From the NCBI GenBank assembly GCA_049513475.1, contig JBEKWC010000011.1, forward strand, positions 45,664 to 109,663: 64,000 nt of DNA. The letters run 5' to 3'. The translations under genes and the position numbers were made by a program. The DNA is from Candidatus Sulfotelmatobacter sp. Its GTDB lineage: Bacteria; Acidobacteriota; Terriglobia; Terriglobales; Acidobacteriaceae. Below are positions 45,631-54,355 of the stretch, piece after piece. The stretch's first letter is position 1, and each line of letters opens with the position of its first letter. The notes under the pieces were generated by a model. It was not told where the DNA came from. It saw nothing but the letters and a program-made list of their open reading frames with translations, and did not search any database.

Positions 45631-46451
45631 GCGGCGCTTCCCTCGGCTAGGTCCGACAGGCGGATGCCGCGCAGATCGCGAGCGATGCCAACCTTACTCA
45701 GGAAACACAGCATGTAATACGTGAGATCCACTTCCCACCAGCGAATCCCCTGCTGGCAGGCATACATAAATTTGTGGTGATTGTTGTGCCAGCCCTCTCC
45801 CAGGGTGATCAGCGCCAGAACAAAATTGTTGCGGCTGTCGTCGGGAGTGTCGAAGCGCCGCGAGCCCCAGAGATGCGCCACCGAATTGATGGTGAAGGTG
45901 CCGTGAAAAAGAAGCACCGTCGAAGTCACGAATCCCCAGACGAACGCGCCCGGCCCGCCAATCAGCAGCAGCGCGCTCCCCAGAACTAGCGGCGGCACGA
46001 GATAATGCCGGTCGAGCCAGCGGAGTTCGGGAAACTTGCCAAAATCCTGGATTAGCGCAGGATCGTACCTGTCATATTGATTCGACAGAACCCAGCCGAC
46101 ATGCGCCCACCAGAAGCCGCGCGTCAAGGGAGAGTGGATATCCGGATCGTGGTCGGCATGGCGGTGATGAACGCGATGGTGTGCGGCCCACCACAGCACA
46201 CCTTTTTGCCCCGAGGTCTCGGCCAGAAAGGCCATCAGAAATTGCCAGCCGCGGCCCAGCTTGTAAGCGCGATGGCTGAAGTAACGGTGGTAGCCGGCGG
46301 TGATGCCAAACATGCGCACCGCATACATCGCCACCATGAGGCCAACCCAGTACCACCGAAACGGAACGAACAAAATGGCGCAACAGGCCGCGTGCAACAG
46401 CACGAAAGGGATGACCGTCCCGAAACTGTAGTGGTGAAGTCGATGGATCAC
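45627..46451 (-). CDS. Membrane acyl-lipid/acyl-CoA desaturase (delta-9-like)
   Basis: Three His boxes: HRYFSH, HRVHHRHAD and HNNHH. GTG start at 46451. Confidence 0.85.
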   Translation of the reverse strand: MIHRLHHYSFGTVIPFVLLHAACCAILFVPFRWYWVGLMVAMYAVRMFGITAGYHRYFSHRAYKLGRGWQFLMAFLAETSGQKGVLWWAAHHRVHHRHADHDPDIHSPLTRGFWWAHVGWVLSNQYDRYDPALIQDFGKFPELRWLDRHYLVPPLVLGSALLLIGGPGAFVWGFVTSTVLLFHGTFTINSVAHLWGSRRFDTPDDSRNNFVLALITLGEGWHNNHHKFMYACQQGIRWWEVDLTYYMLCFLSKVGIARDLRGIRLSDLAEGSAA

Positions 46452-46564
46452 AAGATTTCCTGGCCTCTTGGGCTGCGGACTCAGAATTGAGAATCTCTCT
46501 TCGCTAGTACGCTGCGAATCCGGGCGCCGGATTGCCTCTGATACGTTGTATCAATCCGTTGCCT

Positions 46565-46600
46565 ATTTGTCAAGGCTTTGTCCATGACAAATATTTGACA
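46565..46600. promoter_or_regulatory. Candidate CarH/LitR operator in the divergent promoter region
   Basis: ATTTGTCA (46565-72), TTTGTCCA (46577-84), TGACAAAT (46585-92) and ATTTGACA (46593-600). ACA triplets recur at 11-bp phasing on both strands. Overlaps TTGACA-N17-TACCAT (plus strand) and TTGACA-N17-TACAAC (minus strand). Confidence 0.5.
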
Positions 46601-46629
46601 CATTAGAATGCGGCTGCTACCATGCCCGG

Positions 46630-47547
46630 GTGCCTGCCTCCTATCCGATCAGCGCAGTGGCCAAGCTCACCGGCCTTCCGCTCGACACCCTGCGAGCATG
46701 GGAGCGGCGCTACCAGACGGTGGTTCCAAAGCGCGTGGCGCGCGGGCGACTGTATTCCGAAGCCCAGATCAAGCGGCTCGTTCTTTTGCGGCGAGCGGTG
46801 GAACACGGCCACGCCATTGGACAGATCGCCAGCTTAGGAGATCGGCAACTGCGCGAACTTCTTGAACGAAGTTCGTCGATCCGGGAGGAAGCGCCGACTG
46901 CGAAAGCGGCTTACTCGCAAGCCGCCCTCGCCCCGGTGCTGCGTGCTCTGGAGCGCTTCGACTACGCCGCGACCGACCGCGAGATCAACCGCCTGGCGGC
47001 GACCATGGCGAGTCCTAGAAATTTTGTTCACCAGGCCGCTCTGCCTTTGATGCGGATCGTCGGCGAGCGCTGGCACGAGGGCAAGTGCAGCATTGCGCAG
47101 GAGCACATGCTGACCAATCTGCTCAGCGGCCTGCTTTCTTCGCTGGTGAGAACCTACTCGCCCTCGAACCCGCCGGTGCGGGTATTGCTGGCCACGCCGC
47201 GCAATGAGCGTCATGCATTTCCTACGCTGGCCGCGGCCATGCTGACGGCCGTGGGGGGGCTGGGCGTCATTTATTTGGGCACGGAGCTGCCAGCGGCGGA
47301 TATCGTACTCGCGGCGCGAAAGAGTGAAGCCGATGTGGTTTTGCTCAGCTTGAGCGCCACACCGGTTGGGGATGTTCTGGAAGATCTCAATCAGGTTGAG
47401 CGCAAGACTCCACGTTCCACCGGCCTTTGGCTGGGCGGGGCGCCGGAACTGAAACTCGCCGAGGCGGTGCAAGGCTCCCGCTGGGTGGTGCTGGATGATT
47501 TCTCCGCCTTGGAGCATCAATTGGCTGCGCTGGGAGCGAGGTTCTAA
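46630..47547 (+). CDS. MerR-family regulator with a C-terminal B12-binding domain (CarH/LitR-like photoreceptor candidate)
   Basis: MerR HTH (ISAVAKLTGLPLDTLRAWERRY). W-x9-EH motif (WHEGKCSIAQEH) and, 36 residues later, E-x-H (NERHAF), followed by a Rossmann-like segment LLATP...VVLLSLS. GTG start. Confidence 0.75.
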   Translation: MPASYPISAVAKLTGLPLDTLRAWERRYQTVVPKRVARGRLYSEAQIKRLVLLRRAVEHGHAIGQIASLGDRQLRELLERSSSIREEAPTAKAAYSQAALAPVLRALERFDYAATDREINRLAATMASPRNFVHQAALPLMRIVGERWHEGKCSIAQEHMLTNLLSGLLSSLVRTYSPSNPPVRVLLATPRNERHAFPTLAAAMLTAVGGLGVIYLGTELPAADIVLAARKSEADVVLLSLSATPVGDVLEDLNQVERKTPRSTGLWLGGAPELKLAEAVQGSRWVVLDDFSALEHQLAALGARF

Positions 47548-47607
47548 CGGAAGGGTCGGAGCAATCCGCAGGCGTGTTATAGACGTACTTAAGTGTGGGC
47601 GCGAGGG

Positions 47608-47955
47608 ATGGAGATTATGAGAGTGTTCCTAAAGTTGATCTTCGCCGGTATTTTTATTTGGATGGTGGGCATGACCACTTATGTGAGCCTGCACAAACCG
47701 GTCTGGCTGGCGGGTTCGGAATTCAGTTGGGCGGGTAGTCCTTGGGCGGTGGCGACACTCTTTGACGCTTACTTCGGCTTCGTGACATTTTTCGTGTGGG
47801 TGTGCTTCAAAGAGCGAAGCCTTTGGGCCAAGATAATTTGGTTCCTGCTGATCATGGGGTTGGGAAACATCGCGATGTCCGGTTACGTTCTGCTTCAGCT
47901 TTTCAAAGTGAAACAAGATGAGCCGCTTTCAAGCGTGCTGTACAAAACCGCATGA
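47608..47955 (+). CDS. DUF1475-like small membrane protein (start may be 47617)
   Basis: Four hydrophobic helices. WAVATLFDAYFGFVTFFVWV pattern. Confidence 0.6.
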   Translation: MEIMRVFLKLIFAGIFIWMVGMTTYVSLHKPVWLAGSEFSWAGSPWAVATLFDAYFGFVTFFVWVCFKERSLWAKIIWFLLIMGLGNIAMSGYVLLQLFKVKQDEPLSSVLYKTA

Positions 47956-48448
47956 GGAGTGGATTTTTTTGTATCGCAAGGTAATCGCGCCGGTGGTTAC
48001 TCTGCTTACGCAGGGAATCACGCCGGAGAAGATTGCCCTGAGCCTCGCGTTTGGGATTGTGCTGGGAGTCTTTCCGGTGCTGGGTTCGACGAGCATTCTC
48101 TGCGCGCTGGCGGCTGTGACTTTTCAATTGAACCTGCCGGCCATCCAGTTGGTGAATTATCTGGCGTATCCCCTGCAATTGATCTTGCTGATACCTTTCA
48201 TGCGGCTGGGCGAGATGTTGTTTCACGCCGCGCCGCTGCAGCTTTCGCTGGCGCAGATGTTGGCCATGGCCCACGCTAACTTGCCGCAAGCCATGGCAAA
48301 GCTTTGGCTGGCGGCGGTGCATGCCATGTCCGCATGGCTGTTGATCGGTCCCCCGATAATTGTTCTGCTTTATTTTTCTCTGGCGGTTGCGCTACGCCGT
48401 CTGGCGGCGTCCACGGTCCTGCGCCACAAGACCAGCGAGGTGGTCTGA
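47918..48448 (+). CDS. DUF2062-like membrane protein
   Basis: GITPEKIALSLAFGIVLGVFPVLGSTSILCALAAVTFQLNLPAIQLVNYL. Overlaps the preceding gene by 38 nt. Confidence 0.6.
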   Translation: MSRFQACCTKPHEEWIFLYRKVIAPVVTLLTQGITPEKIALSLAFGIVLGVFPVLGSTSILCALAAVTFQLNLPAIQLVNYLAYPLQLILLIPFMRLGEMLFHAAPLQLSLAQMLAMAHANLPQAMAKLWLAAVHAMSAWLLIGPPIIVLLYFSLAVALRRLAASTVLRHKTSEVV

Positions 48449-48454
48449 TCGGGC

Positions 48455-49255
48455 ATGCTGGCTGAGGTTCTCCATCTCGTTCTGCTGGGCGCGGCCTTGG
48501 TGCTCGCGATGATGTTTTTGTTGTGGCTCCTTCATCTGCGTACCGGCAACGCCAGCATCGTCGATCCCGGCTGGGCGTTTGGCCTGCCGCTTCTGGCCGT
48601 GACCTACGCCGTGCTGGGTTCCGGTTATTCGTGGCGGAGATGGCTGCTGGCGGCAATGGCCTTGGCATGGGGAGTAAGGCTCGGGACCCACCTGCTGCTG
48701 CGCATTGCCGGCAAGCCGGAAGAAGGCCGTTATCAGGAACTACGCCGGCAGTGGAAGAATCATTTGGCGCTGAAATTCCTGGCGTTTTTCGAATTCCAGG
48801 CGTTGCTGGATTTATTTCTTTCGCTGCCTTTCCTGCTGGCCGGGGTCAATCGAGCGCCGGCATTGTCGCCATTGGAATATGGGGGATTTGCCCTTTGGCT
48901 GCTGGCGCTGGCAGGGGAGGCGACGGCCGACGCGCAGTTGGCCGCCTTCAAACGCGATTCCTCCACGCACGGGCAAGTGTGCCAGCGCGGCTTGTGGAAT
49001 TATTCCCGGCATCCGAATTATTTTTTTGAGTGGCTGGTCTGGCTGGCGTGGGCTTTATTCGCGCTGGCTTCGCCTTACGGCTGGGTCGCGCTTCTGTGCC
49101 CGGCGCTGATGTTTTATTTTCTTTTCCGAGTGACCGGCATTCCCGCGACCGAAGCCCAGGCCCTGCGCAGCAAGGGCGACGCCTATCGCCGTTACCAGCA
49201 GACGACAAGCGCTTTCCTACCCTGGTTTCGGAAGCAGGGTTACACTTTTTTCTGA
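48455..49255 (+). CDS. DUF1295 / steroid-5-alpha-reductase-like membrane protein
   Basis: Multi-TM. C-terminal [21 protein letters not shown] motif. Confidence 0.75.
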   Translation: MLAEVLHLVLLGAALVLAMMFLLWLLHLRTGNASIVDPGWAFGLPLLAVTYAVLGSGYSWRRWLLAAMALAWGVRLGTHLLLRIAGKPEEGRYQELRRQWKNHLALKFLAFFEFQALLDLFLSLPFLLAGVNRAPALSPLEYGGFALWLLALAGEATADAQLAAFKRDSSTHGQVCQRGLWNYSRHPNYFFEWLVWLAWALFALASPYGWVALLCPALMFYFLFRVTGIPATEAQALRSKGDAYRRYQQTTSAFLPWFRKQGYTFF

Positions 49256-49278
49256 TTCGCGCATTTTGGCTAAAGAAG

Positions 49279-50403
49279 ATGACAACCGCCGCACAACTCG
49301 AGCGTCAACCCGTTGCCAGTTCGACTTCGTGGTCGCTAAATTTGTTGGAGCGGGATTGTTTGCCGGACTGGCTCATTCGATGGGGCATCCGGCGACTCTT
49401 GCTGCGGCGTTTGCGGGAGGAAGATAAAGGGTCGCCGGAGCTGCAGCAAGCTCACCGGATGCAGTGGATCGGACGGTTGAAGAGCGGGCCGGTAGCGCTC
49501 GAGACCGCGGCAGCGAACGCTCAGCACTACGAGGTTGCCGCGCGTTTTTTTGAGTTGGTATTGGGCAGGCGGATGAAATACAGTTGCGCACTCTGGCGCG
49601 AGGGCACGCGCTCGTTAGATGAAGCCGAAGAAGCCATGCTGGCGCTTACAGTGGAGCGTGCCGAGGTCGCCGACGGCCAAAGGATCTTAGAATTAGGCTG
49701 CGGCTGGGGATCGTTGTCGCTTTATCTCGCGGAGCGTTTTCGGAATTGCCAGGTGGTCAGCGTATCCAATTCAGCCTCTCAAAAACAATTTATCGACGCG
49801 CAAGCCGCGAGCCGCAGGCTGAACAATCTGGAAGTGATCACCGCGGACATGAACGTCTTTGGGGCTCCCGGCAAGTTTGACCGCGTGATTTCGGTAGAGA
49901 TGTTCGAACACATGCGCAACTACGAAGTGTTGCTGGCGCGTATCGCCACTTGGATGAAGCCCGAAGCCAAGCTCTTCGTTCATATTTTCAGTCACTCGCG
50001 ATTCGCTTATCCCTTCGAGGTGCGGACTCAAGCGCCGGATACGCTTGTGGAAGACGACGGGGACTGGATGGCGCGGCATTTCTTTACCGGCGGCATTATG
50101 CCAAGCGACGATTTGCTGTTGTATTTCCAGCGCGATTTGCGCGTGCTGCGGCATTGGCGGGTCGACGGCATTCATTATCGCAATACATCGGAGGCGTGGC
50201 TGCGCAACCTCGATTTGCATCGCGAAGAGGTTCTCGATCTTTTCGCGCGAACCTACGCGGCCGAGCTTTCGGGCAAGCAAAGGCAGTCCGAAGCTTTGCG
50301 CTGGCTGATGCGCTGGCGCGTATTTTTCCTGGCCTGCGCTGGGCTTTGGGGGTACAGACGCGGCAGCGAGTGGATTGTCTCTCACTATCTCTTCGCGAAG
50401 TGA
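49279..50403 (+). CDS. Second CFA-synthase-like SAM-dependent methyltransferase
   Basis: ATG at 49279. [22 protein letters not shown] and SAM motif [12 protein letters not shown]. Confidence 0.8.
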   Translation: MTTAAQLERQPVASSTSWSLNLLERDCLPDWLIRWGIRRLLLRRLREEDKGSPELQQAHRMQWIGRLKSGPVALETAAANAQHYEVAARFFELVLGRRMKYSCALWREGTRSLDEAEEAMLALTVERAEVADGQRILELGCGWGSLSLYLAERFRNCQVVSVSNSASQKQFIDAQAASRRLNNLEVITADMNVFGAPGKFDRVISVEMFEHMRNYEVLLARIATWMKPEAKLFVHIFSHSRFAYPFEVRTQAPDTLVEDDGDWMARHFFTGGIMPSDDLLLYFQRDLRVLRHWRVDGIHYRNTSEAWLRNLDLHREEVLDLFARTYAAELSGKQRQSEALRWLMRWRVFFLACAGLWGYRRGSEWIVSHYLFAK

Positions 50404-50555
50404 GAGCTGCTTTTTCTGATCATGCACGACCCGAGCCTTGAGTTTTCCGCACAGGCAAACAAGCTGACGAATCACCGCGGTTACCGGTGACTCCGCTACT
50501 CCCCGAGCTTCTAACTAAGAGACGTAACGTAGATTCCGCGAAGTAAGGAGATTCA

Positions 50556-50972
50556 ATGAAAAGCTTAGTGTTGGTTTGCTTTGCCATGATCGCCGCTGCG
50601 CCAGGCGCCTGTGCCCAGCAAGCCGCGAATGACAATCGGCCGGAGACGGTGCATCAGGATACGGGTCTGCGAACGGTGGAGGGTTGCCTCTCGAAGACGG
50701 CTGGAACCTACGTGATCACCGGCGGCGCGCCGGGCGGAAAGCAGTTCCGCATTACTTCGGGCGACGTTTCAACGCTTAAGGGCAAGATTGGCTACACCGT
50801 CAAAGTTGTGGGTGTCGTAAATAGGAATGATGCCTTGGCCAACCAGAACGAAATCTACAACGAAGGAACGACTACCGGCGTCGGGTATCTTACCATCGAT
50901 GCCCAGAAGGTCAAGATCGTCCACGGAAATTGCAGCGAGGCCGGCAAAGAATGGGCCGGCGATCACGAGTAA
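50556..50972 (+). CDS. Small secreted hypothetical protein
   Basis: AAGGAG RBS. Signal peptide MKSLVLVCFAMIAAAPGACA. 138 aa. Confidence 0.6.
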   Translation: MKSLVLVCFAMIAAAPGACAQQAANDNRPETVHQDTGLRTVEGCLSKTAGTYVITGGAPGGKQFRITSGDVSTLKGKIGYTVKVVGVVNRNDALANQNEIYNEGTTTGVGYLTIDAQKVKIVHGNCSEAGKEWAGDHE

Positions 50973-51041
50973 GTCCAAATAGGTCGGGACTCGTTTGCGA
51001 AGAGCGCGGCGGTAAACATTGGCAAGTCGTCTTTCGAAGAA

Positions 51042-52706
51042 TTACTGCGCCGCGCTCTTGAACCGAATGTGAAAAGCGTAAGCGTTCTTACCTGGGGCCT
51101 GCGCCGGAAGGTGAATGTGCAAGCCGTCGGCCTGCTGTTCGAACTGAAGTCTGGCATCGCCCCCGAGTAAGTCGACGGACTCGATCCTCTGGCCGCCTAC
51201 AGAGGCTCCTAAAGCATGGATGACCGCTTCTCCATTCGCTGGCCAAGCTAGTTCAATGGCATAAAGAGTGCCGTCTTTGGTCGTGAAGCGGAAGTCTTGA
51301 TCGGTATAAGTTGCCGTATCGGTGTCGTGAAAAGACCCGGCAGTCACATGAGTAGGTCCTTCACCGTAGACCCTCCAAGGGCGGGTTCCGTAGATTGCCT
51401 CGCCATTCGCCTTCAGCCACGAACCCACATCGCGAAGCACCTGCTGTACCTCGTCAGGAATCGTGCCATCAGAACGCGGACCTATGTTGAGTAACAGGTT
51501 GCCATTCTTGCTGACGATGTCGATGAGTTGGTGAATTACAAAGTCCGGCGACTTGAAGGTATCGTTCTTTATATATCCCCAGGACTTGTCGCTTACCGAA
51601 GTATCGGTCTGCCAGTGTTGCGGGCGGATATCAGCCAACTGGCCGCGCTCCACGTCGAGAACAGCGGAGTGCTCCTGCATGGCGAAGTCTTTATAGTTAA
51701 TAACTCCGACATGGTCGCCATACTGCAGCGACGCGTTGTAGTAGAAAGCGGCGAAGCGCGTGAGGTTGGCGCGAATCGAAGGCTGGCCGACCCACCAATC
51801 GAAATACATAACGTCGGGATGATATTTTTCGACGATCTCGGAGGCGCGGGCGAGCCAGTCGTCCGCCCACGCCGAAGAGACAGAAGTGAAATCGTTGGAA
51901 ACTGGAGTGCTGTTCCCGGCTTCGAGCCAGACATGAGCCGGGCCGTAGAACGCAGCGTAGTGGGGATCGTTGATGTCGGAAGAAATGTCGCGGCCCACAC
52001 CCAGAAAGAAATCGTGCTCCACGCGGTGGGAAGAGGCGCCGAAGTGAAGCCCCTCGGCCCGCACCGCCTTGGCCAGGTCGCCTACGATATCGCGCTGCGG
52101 GCCCATCTTGGCGGCGGTCCAGTCGCTTAAACCGCTGTCATACATCGCGAAACCGTCGTGGTGTTCGGCGACCGGCACGACGTACTTGATACCCGCTTCT
52201 TTGAAGAGTCGTGCCCAGGCCGCGGGATCGAAGCGCTCGGCCTTGAACATGGGAATGAAGTCTTTATAGCCGAACTTATCCGGCGGGCCGTACGTCGCGA
52301 TGTGGTGCTTGTGCTCTTCGCTAGTCGGGCGATACATGTTTCTGGGATACCATTCATCGCCAAACGCCGGAACGGAATAAATTCCCCAGTGAATGAAGAC
52401 GCCAAACTTGGCGTCTTGATACCACGCGGGAGCTTCGTACTTCTGCAGCGATTGCCAATCGGGACGAAATGGACCCTGACGACCGACGCGATCCACGTCG
52501 TTAAGTATGGCAGTACGCGGGCCATCGTACTTAGAACTCGCCTTCTGCCAGATTTGATCGATGGCCGCGGGGTCTTCCGATGCGGTAGGAGCGGTGGGCG
52601 AAGCGGGAACCTGCGCCTGCAGGCCCAAGGTCAGAGCCGCCAAAAAGAACGCCAAGCCTGCCATCCGGACTCGTTCGGTACATATTGCTGCGTTCAGCGA
52701 AAACAT
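51042..52706 (-). CDS. Alpha-L-fucosidase (GH29), secreted
   Basis: WYQDAKFGVFIHWGIYSVPAFGDEWY and following GH29 blocks. Signal peptide. Confidence 0.85.
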   Translation of the reverse strand: MFSLNAAICTERVRMAGLAFFLAALTLGLQAQVPASPTAPTASEDPAAIDQIWQKASSKYDGPRTAILNDVDRVGRQGPFRPDWQSLQKYEAPAWYQDAKFGVFIHWGIYSVPAFGDEWYPRNMYRPTSEEHKHHIATYGPPDKFGYKDFIPMFKAERFDPAAWARLFKEAGIKYVVPVAEHHDGFAMYDSGLSDWTAAKMGPQRDIVGDLAKAVRAEGLHFGASSHRVEHDFFLGVGRDISSDINDPHYAAFYGPAHVWLEAGNSTPVSNDFTSVSSAWADDWLARASEIVEKYHPDVMYFDWWVGQPSIRANLTRFAAFYYNASLQYGDHVGVINYKDFAMQEHSAVLDVERGQLADIRPQHWQTDTSVSDKSWGYIKNDTFKSPDFVIHQLIDIVSKNGNLLLNIGPRSDGTIPDEVQQVLRDVGSWLKANGEAIYGTRPWRVYGEGPTHVTAGSFHDTDTATYTDQDFRFTTKDGTLYAIELAWPANGEAVIHALGASVGGQRIESVDLLGGDARLQFEQQADGLHIHLPAQAPGKNAYAFHIRFKSAAQ

Positions 52707-52940
52707 AGGATCGGAATCCTTTATTGTGTGCGGCAGTTCTCAGCCGACATACGCATGCCAACCAGCAACTGCGCGGGAGATATTTGGCGGGTCAATAATA
52801 CATGTCCTGCTGGGTCCGGTCTAACGGAGTCACGGGCGCGTCTCGAAAACAATAGGATCGGTTTACAATGGCGGGGTTCGAAGCGGCTTGCGCATGCTAA
52901 TCGCAAAGCCCGAAGTGGAGAGCAAAGAAAGATAGCGAAC

Positions 52941-54332
52941 ATGCTGATTCATCGCGATTATCTTTTTCCTGCCGAGCCCACCGTGCGAAAGATCGCCCGT
53001 TCGTTGTATGAGCGAGTGCGGGGGTTGCCCATTGTCAGTCCGCACGGTCATACGCAGGCCTCCTGGTTTGCGAGGAACGAACCCTTCCCCGATCCGGCAA
53101 AGCTATTCGTGCAGCCCGATCATTACATTTATCGCATGCTGTACAGCCAGGGGATTTCGATGGAGGAGCTCGAGATCGGGCAGCCTGAGCTGAAGAATCC
53201 GCGAAGAGTGTGGTACATTTTTGCGCGCAATTACTATTTGTTCCGCGGAACGCCGACGCGCCTGTGGCTGGATTTTGCCTTCGAGGAACTATTCGGGCTG
53301 GAGCGCCGACTTTCAGAAGAGACTGCCGATCTGTACTTCGATACGATTTCCGACAAATTGCGCACGCCGGAGTTTCTGCCGCGCGCACTCTACGAACGCT
53401 TTCGTTTGGAAGTGCTGGCCACGACCGATTCGCCGCTCGATTCGCTGGCTGATCACAAGGCGATTCGAGAGTCGAAGTGGAAGGCAAGAATTTTACCGAC
53501 GTTCCGGCCTGATTCGGTGGTCGATCCGGAGTTCTTCGGATTCGCTTCGAATCTCGCAAAACTTGGGCGGAACACCGGGGAAGATACTTACACTTGGACG
53601 GGCTATTTGAACGCGCTGCGGAAAACGCGCGCCCGCTTCGGCGAATTGGGATGCACTGCAACCGATCACGGTCATCCAACGGCGCAAACCGCAAGTCTTT
53701 CTTCAGCGGAAGCTGCCGATTTGTTCCGCAAGGTGCTCGAGGGCACGGCGGACACGCCGCAGCAAGAACTCTTCCGTGCGCAGATGCTGACCGAGATGGC
53801 GCGCATGAGTGTGGAAGATGGCTTGGTCATGCAGATTCATCCCGGGAGCGCGCGCAATCACAATCGGAAGATTTATGGAAAGTATGGGCGCGATGTCGGC
53901 GCCGACATTCCGAGGCCCACGAATTACGTGGACGCGCTGCGTCCGCTGCTGGATAAGTTTGGCAATGAGCCCGGGCTCACGATCATACTTTTCACGCTGG
54001 ACGAATCGACTTACAGCCGCGAACTGGCGCCGCTTGCCGGACATTACCCGTGCTTGCGTTTGGGGCCGCCGTGGTGGTTTCACGATAGTCCAGAGGGCAT
54101 GATGCGCTTCCGCCAACTGGTAACGGAGACTGCCGGGTTTTACAACACCGTGGGATTTAATGATGACACGCGGGCATTCCTTTCGATCCCGGCGAGGCAC
54201 GATGTGGCGCGGCGGGTGGATTGCGCATTCCTCGCGCGACTGGTCGCCGAGCATCGACTGGAGGAGGAAGAAGCTTCGGAAGTGGCGCACGACCTGGCTT
54301 ACCGGTTAGTAAAACAAAGCTACAAGCTGTAA
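52941..54332 (+). CDS. uxaC: Glucuronate isomerase
   Basis: ATG at 52941. LPIVSPHGHT, and a length of 463 aa typical of UxaC. The track ORF start at 52158 is antisense to the fucosidase gene. Confidence 0.88.
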   Translation: MLIHRDYLFPAEPTVRKIARSLYERVRGLPIVSPHGHTQASWFARNEPFPDPAKLFVQPDHYIYRMLYSQGISMEELEIGQPELKNPRRVWYIFARNYYLFRGTPTRLWLDFAFEELFGLERRLSEETADLYFDTISDKLRTPEFLPRALYERFRLEVLATTDSPLDSLADHKAIRESKWKARILPTFRPDSVVDPEFFGFASNLAKLGRNTGEDTYTWTGYLNALRKTRARFGELGCTATDHGHPTAQTASLSSAEAADLFRKVLEGTADTPQQELFRAQMLTEMARMSVEDGLVMQIHPGSARNHNRKIYGKYGRDVGADIPRPTNYVDALRPLLDKFGNEPGLTIILFTLDESTYSRELAPLAGHYPCLRLGPPWWFHDSPEGMMRFRQLVTETAGFYNTVGFNDDTRAFLSIPARHDVARRVDCAFLARLVAEHRLEEEEASEVAHDLAYRLVKQSYKL

Positions 54333-54355
54333 CCTCCGCAAATTGGCGAACTGAC

